Positions 1 through 9,906 are shown, counted from the stretch's first letter. The stretch: 64,000 bases of DNA from Acidobacteriota bacterium (GCA_040755995.1 JBFMAF010000049.1:128001-192000); one strand, 5' to 3'. Program-made: numbers and translations. Notes: generated by a model from the sequence alone, not told the origin.

Positions 1-2015
1 CGCAGCGTCGCACGCTCTGCCTCCGAGAGCCGCTCGAAGATCTTGTCCGACGGGTCGAAGTGTACTTTGGATAGCGAGATATTCCCGAGTATCGCGGTCA
101 GGATGTTGTTGAAGTCGTGGGCGATTCCCCCGGCCAGGATGCTGATCGACTCCAGCTTTCGGGCCTCCAGAAGCTCGTCTTCGATTTTCCGCTGCAGGCT
201 GATGTCGCGGAAAACGAGCACGGTCCCTATGATCCGGCTGTCTCGGTCGAATATCGGCGAGGCGCTGTCCGCGACCAATCTCTCCTGCCCGTCGCGAGAC
301 ACGAGGACAACCTGGCTCGGCAGGTGCGTGGCGCCTCCGCCCATCAGTATCTGTTCGACAGGATTGCCCAGAGGCTCGCGCGTCTTCCGATCGATGACGC
401 AAAAGACCTCTTCCAGTTGCTTTCCCTTCGCCTCTCGCTGGGTCCATCCCGTCAACGCCTCGGCGACCTTGTTGATCAGCGCGACGCGGCCGCGCGTGTC
501 GGTGGTGATCACGCCGTCGCCGATGCTGCGGAGCGTGACGGCCAGGTGCTCCTTCTCGGCGGCCAGGGCATCGATCGCGCGCTTGCGATCGATGGCCACC
601 GCCGTCTGCTCGGAGATGAACACCAGAACGTCCTTCTCCGTCTCCGTGTACCGCAGCCCCTCCACGTAAGTCTGCACCGCCATCACGCCTATCACCTTGT
701 CGTGTGCCTTGAGTGGCACGCCGAGCCAGTCGACTGACGGTTCGCCTATGCTCTCGCATTCGCCCTGTCTGGCCAGCTCCTCGAACACCTCCGGCAATGC
801 CAACAGCGGCTGGCGCGTCCTCAGGACATACTCGGTCAGCCCCTTTCCGGGCTTTCGCGGGGGCGGTGCCGGCTCGTGCTCCGAGAACCAGTACGGGAAC
901 GTGATAAGGTCGTTCTCCGAATCGTACAGCGCAATGTAGAAATCCTTGGCCGACATGAGCCCGTCGACGATCTGGTGGATCTCCCTGAACAGCTCCTCAA
1001 GATTGGATGCCGATAGAGCCGTTTCGGAGATTCGGTGAATCGAGCTTTCCATCCGCTCGGCCCTTTGCTTCTCGGTGATATCGCGCACGATGGATAGGAC
1101 CGAGCCCTCGTCCAACGCGACGATGCGGTCTTCGAAGTATCGATACCCGATCGGGGTCTTGAGCGCGTATTCGAATGTCTCGATGGTGCCACCGGTGATC
1201 GCCCGCTCGATGCTGGAGAAAGCGGCATCGAGATACTGAGGCGCAAGGCCGATGTCACGGATGTTCGTCCCGATCACCGCATCTCGGGGCACGGCGAGCA
1301 TCGCATCGTTGCTGGCGCTGAACGACCGCACCGTCCCATCACGGGCGATCACGAACATCAGATCGGGAATAGCCTCGAGCAGCGCCTTGTACCTCCTCTC
1401 GCTTCCTCCCAGCGCAGCCTCCGCCCTTTCACGCTTGATGATGTCGAGGCGGAGCTGCTCGTTGGTTCTTTCGAGCTGCGCAGTGCGCTCCTTGACGAGC
1501 TCCTCGAGCCGGTCCCTGTACCTCCTCAGCTCCTCCTCCGCCCGTTTCCGTTCGGTGATGTCGCGCGCCGTGGTGATCACCGTGATCACTTCTCCAGTGG
1601 CCGAGACCTCGGGGAACAGCATCCAGTCGATCCAGATGTGGTTGGGCAGCTCGAACTCGACGCGGTTCGCCTGCCCTGACACGAACACCTTTTCCAGAGC
1701 TTCTTCCCACACGCGGACCAGGTGCGCTGGAAACCCGATCTCAGCGTGTGTCCGGCCGATGAAATCCTTCGGCGCGATCCCGGTCTGGGATTCCACAACC
1801 GGGTTGACGTACAGGTGCCGGTACTGGCGGTCGAATCGCATTATCACGTCGCACGAGTTCTCCGCCAGCGCCCGGAAGTGATCCGCAACCTGCGAAGGCT
1901 CGGCACCGCGATCCCCACCAGGCCCCGCCGCGCCTGTCGCCCGCAACCGGTCCAACTCGCTACGAAGCCGATCCAGCTCCGCCCTCATCTCCGCTGCAGT
2001 ATTCGTTTCATTCAT
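1..2015 (-). CDS. PAS/GAF-domain sensor histidine kinase, runs off the left edge (partial)
   Basis: Not in the ORF track because it has no stop in the window. Manual translation from ATG 2015: MNETNTAAEMRAELDRLR..., PAS-like FRALAENSCDVIMRFDRQYRHLYVN, a GAF-like segment (WLGVPLKAHDKVIGVMAVQ) and the H-box ILAGGIAHDFNNILTAILGN near nt 80-140. Confidence 0.9.
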   Translation of the reverse strand, partial: MNETNTAAEMRAELDRLRSELDRLRATGAAGPGGDRGAEPSQVADHFRALAENSCDVIMRFDRQYRHLYVNPVVESQTGIAPKDFIGRTHAEIGFPAHLVRVWEEALEKVFVSGQANRVEFELPNHIWIDWMLFPEVSATGEVITVITTARDITERKRAEEELRRYRDRLEELVKERTAQLERTNEQLRLDIIKRERAEAALGGSERRYKALLEAIPDLMFVIARDGTVRSFSASNDAMLAVPRDAVIGTNIRDIGLAPQYLDAAFSSIERAITGGTIETFEYALKTPIGYRYFEDRIVALDEGSVLSIVRDITEKQRAERMESSIHRISETALSASNLEELFREIHQIVDGLMSAKDFYIALYDSENDLITFPYWFSEHEPAPPPRKPGKGLTEYVLRTRQPLLALPEVFEELARQGECESIGEPSVDWLGVPLKAHDKVIGVMAVQTYVEGLRYTETEKDVLVFISEQTAVAIDRKRAIDALAAEKEHLAVTLRSIGDGVITTDTRGRVALINKVAEALTGWTQREAKGKQLEEVFCVIDRKTREPLGNPVEQILMGGGATHLPSQVVLVSRDGQERLVADSASPIFDRDSRIIGTVLVFRDISLQRKIEDELLEARKLESISILAGGIAHDFNNILTAILGNISLSKVHFDPSDKIFERLSEAERATL

Positions 2016-2257
2016 CACGGCCTCATCCCAAGGATCATAGATGAAGACCCGCACGAGGGCAAGAAACCGGACGTGAAGGCGCGGAAGCGAACGGCAGGCT
2101 GACAAGGATCCGTTCACGCTAACGTCGACGTACACGAACGGACGGCGAATGCCTCCGGATCGCCGATACAGCGCCTCATACACTGCGCCTACTCTTCGAA
2201 TCTGTTGTGGACTGATGACGCGCTGTATAGAATGGCACGGATTCGACGGAGGTAGAG

Positions 2258-2647
2258 ATGGTTGATGAGAAGAAGGTCCGCGAGATGCTCGCGGATGTCG
2301 TCAAATACATCGATGGCTACTCCATCGTGAGGCACCCGCGTGCGGAGCTCGCCGCGAACCGTTGCCTTCAGGATGTCGAGCTGTACGGTGTGACCAGCCA
2401 GCACAAGATCACAGAGCGGTTGTTCGCCTGCCGGGACGGAAGGGTCTCGGAGCTGACGCCGAAGGCGACCCGGGTCCGCAAGAAATCATACCAGCCGCAG
2501 GACGATAGGGAGGAAGAGGGCGAGCGCATCGCAGGGCTGCTCACCGGCGACGAGGAGTGGGTCGCCATCCTGCGCTCCGAGTTCACCACCCGCCCCAAAG
2601 GGCCTCACGCGGCGGAAAAGACGCTGGAGCTCTACTCGGCTGCCTGA
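2258..2647 (+). CDS. hypothetical protein (129 aa)
   Basis: Strong SD GGAGGT before the ATG, GC3-rich codons, no recognised motif. Confidence 0.7.
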   Translation: MVDEKKVREMLADVVKYIDGYSIVRHPRAELAANRCLQDVELYGVTSQHKITERLFACRDGRVSELTPKATRVRKKSYQPQDDREEEGERIAGLLTGDEEWVAILRSEFTTRPKGPHAAEKTLELYSAA

Positions 2648-2737
2648 GCCGAGACCCGGCTGGACGACGCCGGAGCGGCCCCGGTCGGGTACGGGTACGC
2701 GTACGTCAGGGACTGGCCGGTCTGAGGCCCTGCCTCG

Positions 2738-3658
2738 CTACACGGGAGTCAATTCAAAGAGACTGATTTCAGGGCGGCAGTTGAACCGCACCGGCGCAAG
2801 ATGCCCGATCCCCCTGTTCACATACAGCAGACCGTCTCCCACACTGTAGAGACCGGCGCGGCGCTCGCGGTTCTGCACCGGGAGCAGCGGCGCGCCGATC
2901 AAAGGAAGCACGACCTGCCCGCCGTGCGTGTGCCCCGAGACGATCAGGTCCGATCGGAACCGGGCCAGCAGATCCGCGCTGTCGGGGTTGTGAGAGAGCA
3001 CGAGCCGCGGCACCTGAGGCTCGATCCCATCAAAAGCGGCTTCAGGTGCGAACCCGCCGGACCATAAGTCATCCAGACCGACGACCGCTAACGAGGCGCC
3101 GTCCAGACGAACACGGATCGATTCGTTGACAAGGAGACGGATGCCCGACCTCTCGAAGTGCTCCGCGAAGCTCTCGGCCGCATGCGGATCGCGCTTCGAC
3201 ACGCGGAACCGGTAAACCCCGTAGTCGTGGTTCCCGAGGACTGCGCAGACCCCCAGACGGGCCCTCAGGCCATTCAGCGCCTCGATCACCGGCCGCGTGT
3301 ACTTCTTGCCGCTCGTCGTGATGTAGTCACCGGTCAGTACGACCAGATCCGGCTTCATGTCGTTCGCCGCATCAATGCAGCTCTCGATGTACGGCAGCGG
3401 CACGACCGAGCTGTGATGGATGTCGGTCAGCTGAACGATCCGAAACCCGCGAAATACGGCCGGCAGGCCGTCGATAGGAATCCTGAGCCGCGAGCAATCG
3501 AGCCACCGAGTCTCCAGGTATCGTACATAGATGGCCGTGGCCGCCGCCGACGCAACCGCGACGGCGCCGGCACGAATCAATCTCCGGCGGCCCAGCCGCG
3601 CGGCGAGCGCGGGAACACGGCCCATTCTGCCATAGGCTGGCCGAATCCTCCCCGTCAT
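2738..3658 (-). CDS. metallophosphoesterase (YkuE/YaeI-like, calcineurin-like fold)
   Basis: Motifs DIH, TGDY, LGNHD, SHNPD, SGHTHGGQ; N-terminal RRRLI plus hydrophobic segment. Confidence 0.9.
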   Translation of the reverse strand: MTGRIRPAYGRMGRVPALAARLGRRRLIRAGAVAVASAAATAIYVRYLETRWLDCSRLRIPIDGLPAVFRGFRIVQLTDIHHSSVVPLPYIESCIDAANDMKPDLVVLTGDYITTSGKKYTRPVIEALNGLRARLGVCAVLGNHDYGVYRFRVSKRDPHAAESFAEHFERSGIRLLVNESIRVRLDGASLAVVGLDDLWSGGFAPEAAFDGIEPQVPRLVLSHNPDSADLLARFRSDLIVSGHTHGGQVVLPLIGAPLLPVQNRERRAGLYSVGDGLLYVNRGIGHLAPVRFNCRPEISLFELTPV

Positions 3659-3757
3659 GAGGCAATCAGGATAGCCCGGTTCTCGGGAAATCTCAAGTCC
3701 TGCCCGTGGCGACGGCGACGTGGCGATCCCCGGAGATGCAGTGTCGAAAAGCGATGT

Positions 3758-4606
3758 TCAGCGATCGTTCGACGATCGTCGGGCCTGCCCGCGCGCCAGC
3801 TTGCCTACCATGCGCCTGATCACGCGTCGCTCCATCATCAGCGCCCGCAGCTCGGCCAGCTTCCGCTCCATCGCCGCCTCCCCTGCTCTGAGCATCTCAT
3901 CCGCCCTCGAGAGATCCTGCCATCCGATCTGGCCGATCTCCGGCGCGACGATCAAGTCCGCCGCTTCGATGTAGGGCGTGACGGCCTTCCGGGTGGTGAT
4001 GTAGATCGACTGCACGATCACCTCGAACAGGTTGGTCGGTCGGGCGAAGCGCGTCAGCCCCTGGTTGGCGTCCGAAACCATGATGATGTCGACGCCGCGA
4101 CGTCGCAGCACCTGAGTCGGCACGTTGGCCGAGACCCCTCCGTCGACCAGCAGACGATCGCTCCGGATCGACGGCGGCAGCAGCCCCGGCAGTGCGCAGC
4201 TGGCTCGAACCGCCGGCACGATCTCGCCACGGGAGATTACGGTCGCCTTACCCGTGCCCAGGTCCGTCGCCACGGCCAGCAGGGGAATCTTCAGATCTTC
4301 GAGGCGCTTGACGGGGAGGAGGCTGTCCAGCAGCCGTTCGAGGGGCGCTGAGCTGAGGAGGCCCATACGAGAGGGGGCGATTCTGAACAGGTCCTTCCAG
4401 CGCAGATCGCGGACGATACGCGCCATCTGTTCCATGGCGACTCCGGCCGCGAACGCAGCTCCGACGATACTCCCCGCGCTCGCCGCCGCTATAGCCTTGA
4501 CCGGGATGCCTTCCCGTTCCAGCACCCGCAGGCAACCGATGTGCACGACACAGTGCGCTGCCCCGCCGGAGAGCACGACACCGAGCGTTCGCCGGTAGCC
4601 CTGCAT
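3758..4606 (-). CDS. patatin-like phospholipase (RssA/NTE family)
   Basis: LSGGAA oxyanion-like segment, AASAG nucleophile elbow, RASCALPG, LVDGG. Start placed at ATG 4606 (MQGYRR), adjacent to the upstream thioesterase stop. Confidence 0.85.
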   Translation of the reverse strand: MQGYRRTLGVVLSGGAAHCVVHIGCLRVLEREGIPVKAIAAASAGSIVGAAFAAGVAMEQMARIVRDLRWKDLFRIAPSRMGLLSSAPLERLLDSLLPVKRLEDLKIPLLAVATDLGTGKATVISRGEIVPAVRASCALPGLLPPSIRSDRLLVDGGVSANVPTQVLRRRGVDIIMVSDANQGLTRFARPTNLFEVIVQSIYITTRKAVTPYIEAADLIVAPEIGQIGWQDLSRADEMLRAGEAAMERKLAELRALMMERRVIRRMVGKLARGQARRSSNDR

Positions 4607-4607
4607 C

Positions 4608-5039
4608 TCAGGCAGGATCAGGGTGCGGCTCGCTCGAATCAGCTCCAATGCGCCGCAGAGCTTCGACCCACCGATCGGGCATAGCTTTTCTTTGACCCGC
4701 GCGATCCAGCACGAGGTGGCGGCTTTGCCCCTCGGCAATGACTGTCGCTCCGTCGACGCTCACGAGCTCGTAGGAGAAGCGCGCTGCGCGCCGGTTTATC
4801 TCCTTCAACCACGTCCTCACCACGATCTCCTGGTCGTAGTAGGCGGGCTTGAGATACCTGCAGGAGACCTCGGTCACCACGAAGAAGAACCCCTCGCGTT
4901 CCATCTCCGAATATGGCACGCCGGCGGCCCGGCACAGGTCGCTGCGTCCGACTTCAAACCACACGATGTGGCTCGCGTGGTAGGCGATACCCATCCGGTC
5001 TGTCTCTGCGTATCGGACTCGAACACGAGACTCGATCAT
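4608..5039 (-). CDS. acyl-CoA thioesterase, YbgC/FadM family
   Basis: RVRYAETDRMGIAYHA...WFEVGR hot-dog thioesterase signature. Confidence 0.9.
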   Translation of the reverse strand: MIESRVRVRYAETDRMGIAYHASHIVWFEVGRSDLCRAAGVPYSEMEREGFFFVVTEVSCRYLKPAYYDQEIVVRTWLKEINRRAARFSYELVSVDGATVIAEGQSRHLVLDRAGQRKAMPDRWVEALRRIGADSSEPHPDPA

Positions 5040-5153
5040 CGCGCTTCAGGCATGCTCGGCATCAAGCGTTGTCGCGCATTGGACGGATGTCGCAGCAATG
5101 CGACTGTCCTGCGGCCGTGATGTCCACCGGCATATCGATGGCACCGCGAGCGC

Positions 5154-6164
5154 TCAGGACGGCTGCATGTCGCGCACGACCTGGTCGAATCGGCTGGTAG
5201 CGTTCCGGCCGTTGTTCTTGACCCACAGGAGTGCACGGTCGGCATTTTCGACGAGGGATTTTGCCCACGCGGCGGCGCTCTCAGCGGTGACGGCCACCTG
5301 CGGGTCGGCCTTCGCGTCCATGGGGAAGGAGCTGACGCCGATGCTGATGGTGATTCTCAATGGAATGTTGTTCACCCAGAACTCCATGTTCTGGGTCCCC
5401 TGTCGCAGGCGTTCCGCGATTCTGATCGCGCCGTCGAGATCGGTTTCGGGGAGGATAACCGCGAATTCCTCGCCGCCCCATCGAGCGGGGATGTCCTGGT
5501 GCCGGCACGTGTCGCGCACCAGCGAGGCGAACTTCTGCAGCACGAGATCGCCGGCGAGGTGGCCGTATTCATCGTTCATCTTCTTGAATCGGTCCATGTC
5601 GATCATCAGCAGGGAAAGCACGCGGCCGTTCCTGTGGGCGATCGAGATCTGCCTCTTCAGAGCCTCTTCGAAGTAGCTCTTGTTGAAGAGCCGGGTGAGG
5701 CTGTCTTTTGTGGCCATCTCGTAAAGCCTCTGGTGGTATCGCGTCTCACCCTCATCCCGGGCCTGTATCTTCAGGATGGTCTCGCCCATGCGAATCTTGT
5801 CGCCCTGTCTGAGGAGCGCCCGGCGCACCTCCGTGTTGTTGACGAACGTGCCGTTTGTCGACCCGAGATCCTGGACTTCGACGACGTAGTAGCCGACCTC
5901 GTTGGGTGCAGGCAGAACGCTCACCCTGCAGTGGCGACGGCTCACGCGCGCATCGCTCAACTGTATCTCAGAATCCTCGCCCCTCCCGACCAGCGAGACC
6001 TGCTTGGTCAGGTGGAACTCGCGTCCGAAATCTATGTCGGCACCAGCGATGACGGTCAGGAAAAGATTCTCGCTGCTCGGGAACATCTCCTCGCGGCGCA
6101 CGAAGACCGTCGACTTGGTGCTGTCGACATCCAGCGGTTCCGGGAGCACAGTCTTATCCATCAT
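5154..6164 (-). CDS. FHA-domain diguanylate cyclase
   Basis: FHA motifs VGR, VSRRH, DLGSTNGTFVN; GGDEF domain with DMDRFK, GHLAGD, RHQD I-site and GGEEF. Confidence 0.92.
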   Translation of the reverse strand: MMDKTVLPEPLDVDSTKSTVFVRREEMFPSSENLFLTVIAGADIDFGREFHLTKQVSLVGRGEDSEIQLSDARVSRRHCRVSVLPAPNEVGYYVVEVQDLGSTNGTFVNNTEVRRALLRQGDKIRMGETILKIQARDEGETRYHQRLYEMATKDSLTRLFNKSYFEEALKRQISIAHRNGRVLSLLMIDMDRFKKMNDEYGHLAGDLVLQKFASLVRDTCRHQDIPARWGGEEFAVILPETDLDGAIRIAERLRQGTQNMEFWVNNIPLRITISIGVSSFPMDAKADPQVAVTAESAAAWAKSLVENADRALLWVKNNGRNATSRFDQVVRDMQPS

Positions 6165-6379
6165 ACAACTTGCGCTGGTTCATATTATAGGAACGCGCTG
6201 TGAACGCTGTCAACATGTATCCGGCTGACGGCTGACAACACGTACCTGCGTGTCACCGAGCCGGGATCCGGCTGCGCACCCGTCCACTCTCAATACAGCG
6301 CGTCAGACAATCCCTCGACTCGTCGAGTCCGTTGTGGACCTCTGACGCGCTGTATGGTCGAGGCGGAGCCGCGCCGGCA

Positions 6380-6622
6380 TCAGCGCGCGCATTCCTGGTG
6401 TTTCCTCCGGCACTCCTCGCTGCAGAAATAGAGCGTCTGCGTTCCGACCTTCATCGAGATTGCTCTGCTCTGGGGGATGTAGGTATCGCAGACTGGGTCC
6501 CTGACGATCCACTCGCGCTTCTCCTCCGGAGGGCGAGCCGATGACTCCTTGAGCTGGGCGGCGACCTTGCGAAACGCCCAGTAGGCGAGCGCCATGCCCA
6601 GCAGCTTCAGAAGTGGACCCAT
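6380..6622 (-). CDS. YHS/TRASH-domain small membrane-anchored protein
   Basis: N-terminal hydrophobic helix followed by RDPVC...YFCSEEC. Confidence 0.8.
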   Translation of the reverse strand: MGPLLKLLGMALAYWAFRKVAAQLKESSARPPEEKREWIVRDPVCDTYIPQSRAISMKVGTQTLYFCSEECRRKHQECAR

Positions 6623-6659
6623 AGCCAGTTGGCGAGTCTAGGCCCGTCCGGAGGTTGTG

Positions 6660-7703
6660 TCAAACCGCGTGCGGTTCGATGATCACTTTCATCGACTCTG
6701 CGGCTTCTGCCACGAGTCTGAAGCCGAGGCCGATCTGATCCAGTGAAAGCTTGTGGGTGATCAGTCTGTCCAGCGGCATCCTTTTCGTGCGAATGAGATC
6801 GATGGCCACGACGGCATCCAGAGGAGCGCAGCCGTAGGACGGCAGCATACGGACCTCGTTTCGCCAGAACTCGTTCATTGGGACGGGGATTTCGACATCG
6901 GGCTCGGTCGTGGCGAAGCAGAGGACGGTGCCGCCGCGGTCAACTGCCCGCAGCGCCTGCTTGAATGCCGGCAGAGCGCCGGTGCAGACGATGGCGATGT
7001 CGACGCGTCGATTGTCGTTCTCGACCAGCACGCGGCCCGGAACGTCCTCGCTCGCGTGCATCACCACATCCGCTCCGAGCTCCTTCGCCATCCTCAGGCG
7101 GTACTCGTTGATATCCGTTGCGAAAATGCGGCCGGCCCCCATGGCGCGCGCCGCCAGAAGATGGAGCAGCCCGGATATGCCTGAGCCCAGGATCAGCACG
7201 GTGTCGCCGGGTTTGAGATGGGCCACCCGCTGTCCGCGGATTACGCAGCCCAGAGGCTCGACGAATGTCCCCTCGTCGTACGTGACATCATCCGGCAGCA
7301 CGAAGACGCCGCGGTCGACATTCAGCCGGGGGACACGCAGATACTCGGCGAAGCCGCCGGGGTCGTAGTTGGTAGTGTGGAGCGTCTCGCAGGCGGTGTG
7401 ATATCCCTTGAGGCAATACCGGCAGGTGTTGCATGGAATATGATGGGCGACGAAGACGCGGTCGCCCACCTTGTAGTTCCGGACGCCGTCTCCGACTTCG
7501 ACAATATCTCCTGCGATTTCGTGCCCCAGAACTCGAGGAGCCTTCTTGACCCTGTACCACTCCAGGACGTCGCTGCCGCAGATGCCGCTGGCCACCACCT
7601 TGACGAGCATCTCACCGGGGCCGATTCGCGGGACCGGCATCTCTTCGACCCGCACGTCGCGGTTGTTGTAGTACATCCCGACACGCATCTTACCCCCGCT
7701 CAT
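6660..7703 (-). CDS. Zn-dependent medium-chain dehydrogenase (polyol/iditol dehydrogenase-like)
   Basis: CGSD, GHE, structural-Zn motif CNTCRYC-x7-C, GSGISG Rossmann motif. Confidence 0.9.
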   Translation of the reverse strand: MSGGKMRVGMYYNNRDVRVEEMPVPRIGPGEMLVKVVASGICGSDVLEWYRVKKAPRVLGHEIAGDIVEVGDGVRNYKVGDRVFVAHHIPCNTCRYCLKGYHTACETLHTTNYDPGGFAEYLRVPRLNVDRGVFVLPDDVTYDEGTFVEPLGCVIRGQRVAHLKPGDTVLILGSGISGLLHLLAARAMGAGRIFATDINEYRLRMAKELGADVVMHASEDVPGRVLVENDNRRVDIAIVCTGALPAFKQALRAVDRGGTVLCFATTEPDVEIPVPMNEFWRNEVRMLPSYGCAPLDAVVAIDLIRTKRMPLDRLITHKLSLDQIGLGFRLVAEAAESMKVIIEPHAV

Positions 7704-7721
7704 CGACCGCTTCCGTGGAAC

Positions 7722-8510
7722 CTAGCGGGTCAGCTCGGCATAGAGCTCCGCGGCCTCCCTGGGTGTCGCCTTGCCGTGGATGACCGAGTGGAGCGCCCTG
7801 GCCATCGGCACCGGATGCGGGTCCTGCCAGATGTTCCTGCCGAGGTTGACGCCGATCGCACCTTTCTGAAGTCCATCGTACACGAAATCGAAAACCTCGC
7901 GTTGGGTATCGCACTTCGGCCCGCCTGCCATGACGACGGGCACCGGACAGCCCTCGACCACCTTGTCGAAATCCTTCTCGCACCAGTAGGTCTTCACGAC
8001 CTTGGCACCCATCTCCGCCGCGATCCTGCAGCTCAGCGCGAGATATCGCGCCTCCCGCTTCTCCGTCTCCTTGCCCACTGCAGTGACCGCCATCACCGGG
8101 ATCCCGTAGCTTTCGCAGCGGCTGACCATCTCGGCCAGGTTCATGATCGTCTGGGTTTCGTAGTCGGTGCCGACGAACACGGAGATGCCGACCGCGGCGG
8201 CATTCACCCGAATCACCTCATCTATCGGCGTAGTGAGGCGCTCGTCAGCGAGATCACGGCCGATCACACTCGGCCCGCCCGAGACCCGCAGAATGATCGG
8301 CACGTCCCATGAAGGATCGATGCAGGCGCGGACGACACCGCGTGTGCAGAAGAGGGCGTCGCTGTATGGGAGTAGCGGTTTCACGGTTTCACCGGGTCTC
8401 TCCAGGTTCGTGGTCGGGCCAAGGAAGTACCCGTGGTCTATCGGCATGAACATGCAACGACCATCCGCCTTTATGACTCGAGCCAGCCGGTTCTTCATTC
8501 CATAATCCAT
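7722..8510 (-). CDS. lsrF: LsrF-like thiolase/class I aldolase (3-hydroxy-5-phosphonooxypentane-2,4-dione thiolase family)
   Basis: MDYGMKNRL start, DHGYFLGPT, AVTAVGK, VVKTY Schiff-base Lys, MAGG, GRNIWQ. Confidence 0.85.
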   Translation of the reverse strand: MDYGMKNRLARVIKADGRCMFMPIDHGYFLGPTTNLERPGETVKPLLPYSDALFCTRGVVRACIDPSWDVPIILRVSGGPSVIGRDLADERLTTPIDEVIRVNAAAVGISVFVGTDYETQTIMNLAEMVSRCESYGIPVMAVTAVGKETEKREARYLALSCRIAAEMGAKVVKTYWCEKDFDKVVEGCPVPVVMAGGPKCDTQREVFDFVYDGLQKGAIGVNLGRNIWQDPHPVPMARALHSVIHGKATPREAAELYAELTR

Positions 8511-8570
8511 AGCAGTCGTCTCCTTATATCCGAAGAATCTCGATCCGACGTCCCGCCCAGGCCTGCGGCG

Positions 8571-8792
8571 TTACGCAGCGCCCTTGCCGGGGCGAAAGAT
8601 CAAGTAGCCCTTCTCGATCAACCAATGATGGAACTGATACGTGGTGCGACGGCAGTCGGTCTTGCAGATCTGCCTGACCCGCTCATACTCCGGCGAGCCC
8701 TCCACCTCCGTCTCCAGCTCCAACTGAATCTCGCAACGGACGTCTTTGCAGAACTCCCTCCGCTTGTACTCGATGTAGCCTTCCAACGGCAT
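8571..8792 (-). CDS. small Cys/His-containing hypothetical protein (73 aa)
   Basis: SD GGAGG before ATG 8792. Sequence MPLEGYIEYKRREFCKDVRC...ICKTDC...FHHWL; first gene of the lsrF-like operon. Confidence 0.75.
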   Translation of the reverse strand: MPLEGYIEYKRREFCKDVRCEIQLELETEVEGSPEYERVRQICKTDCRRTTYQFHHWLIEKGYLIFRPGKGAA

Positions 8793-8857
8793 TGCGCAGC
8801 TCCCTCCAACTGGCCCACCCCGGCGGCCCGCCCACATGCAGGCGCCAAGAACCCGTA

Positions 8858-8886
8858 CTTCTATTGCCCGCGTGCGAAAATGTCAA
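8858..8886 (-). promoter_or_regulatory. putative sigma70 promoter of the lsrF-like operon
   Basis: Minus strand TTGACA-17nt-TAGAAG, about 65 nt upstream of ATG 8792. Confidence 0.5.
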
Positions 8887-9171
8887 GCTGTGGCTGCGAC
8901 TTGCGGCCCACGATCAGATTCTTGACTTATGCGCAGGAGAATGTTACGGATAGTAAGAGTAGCGAATAGCTATCACGAGTCGGAGGGGATAGAGAGCACA
9001 GTCATGGACAGGGTTTGCGGGTGAGGGCGGTGAAAAGCCCGGACAGTGGCCGGCAGGTTCACGGACTGGGGATTCTCGATGTACCTGCGCAACGGCGTGC
9101 GTGAAGGGCCACGGGGAACACCGAGGCCCGGCGCGACAGCTGGGAAGTGACGAAGAAGGGGAGGCACCTGG

Positions 9172-9906
9172 ATGACTGGGAGAAGCGATCGATTCACCTC
9201 GAAGCACCAACCTGCCTCGGACGACGCCGGAGAGCTGGACATGACCTCCGGTGAGCTCCCGCCGATCAAGCACGACGACATCGAGATCAGTTTCGAGGAC
9301 ACGGGGATCATGCGACGGGAGGCCGCGCAGCTTGCGCTCACGAGAGAGCCCGAGCCCCCGAAGGAAGCACCACCACATCCACCCCAGCCCGCCCCCATCA
9401 AGCTCGAGGACACTCCGGAGTATCAGAAGCTGCTGCAAGAGAAGGCGGTCCTGGCCGACCAGCTCCTCCGGAAGATGGCCGACTTCGACAACTTCAGGAA
9501 GCGCCTGGATCGTGAAAAGGCAGAATTCATGGTCTACGCCAACACAGATCTTGTGCTGGACCTGCTGCCCTTCCTGGACAACCTGGAGCGGGCGCTCTCG
9601 CACACGAATCACGACAACATGAAGGGGTTCGTCGAGGGGGTCGAGCTGATCTACAGACAGGTGAAGGAGGTCCTCGCGAAGTACGGCGTGACGCCGATCG
9701 AGGCGCTCGGGACTCCATTCGACCCGACCTACCACCAGGCCATCGGGTTCGCCGAGACCAGCACAGTGCAGGACGGCCACGTCGCCGAAGAGGTGCTCAA
9801 GGGTTACATGATCCACGAGCGGCTCTTGCGACCGGCATGCGTACGCGTGGCGCGTGCACCGGAACCGCCGGCCGAGACCGCGCCGGCTGCGGAAACGGAA
9901 TCGTAG
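9172..9906 (+). CDS. grpE: nucleotide exchange factor GrpE with long N-terminal extension
   Basis: ADFDNFRKR, LLPFLDNLERAL, FDPTYHQA, KGYMIHERLLRPACVRV. Confidence 0.95.
   Translation: MTGRSDRFTSKHQPASDDAGELDMTSGELPPIKHDDIEISFEDTGIMRREAAQLALTREPEPPKEAPPHPPQPAPIKLEDTPEYQKLLQEKAVLADQLLRKMADFDNFRKRLDREKAEFMVYANTDLVLDLLPFLDNLERALSHTNHDNMKGFVEGVELIYRQVKEVLAKYGVTPIEALGTPFDPTYHQAIGFAETSTVQDGHVAEEVLKGYMIHERLLRPACVRVARAPEPPAETAPAAETES

Noticed and set aside
43..2102. Plus-strand ORFs at the left edge
   Set aside because: They are antisense to the histidine kinase read on the minus strand, which the track missed because it runs off the window.
7722..8510. AI-2 quorum-sensing locus
   Set aside because: No lsrK, lsrR, lsrG or lsr transporter genes in the window.
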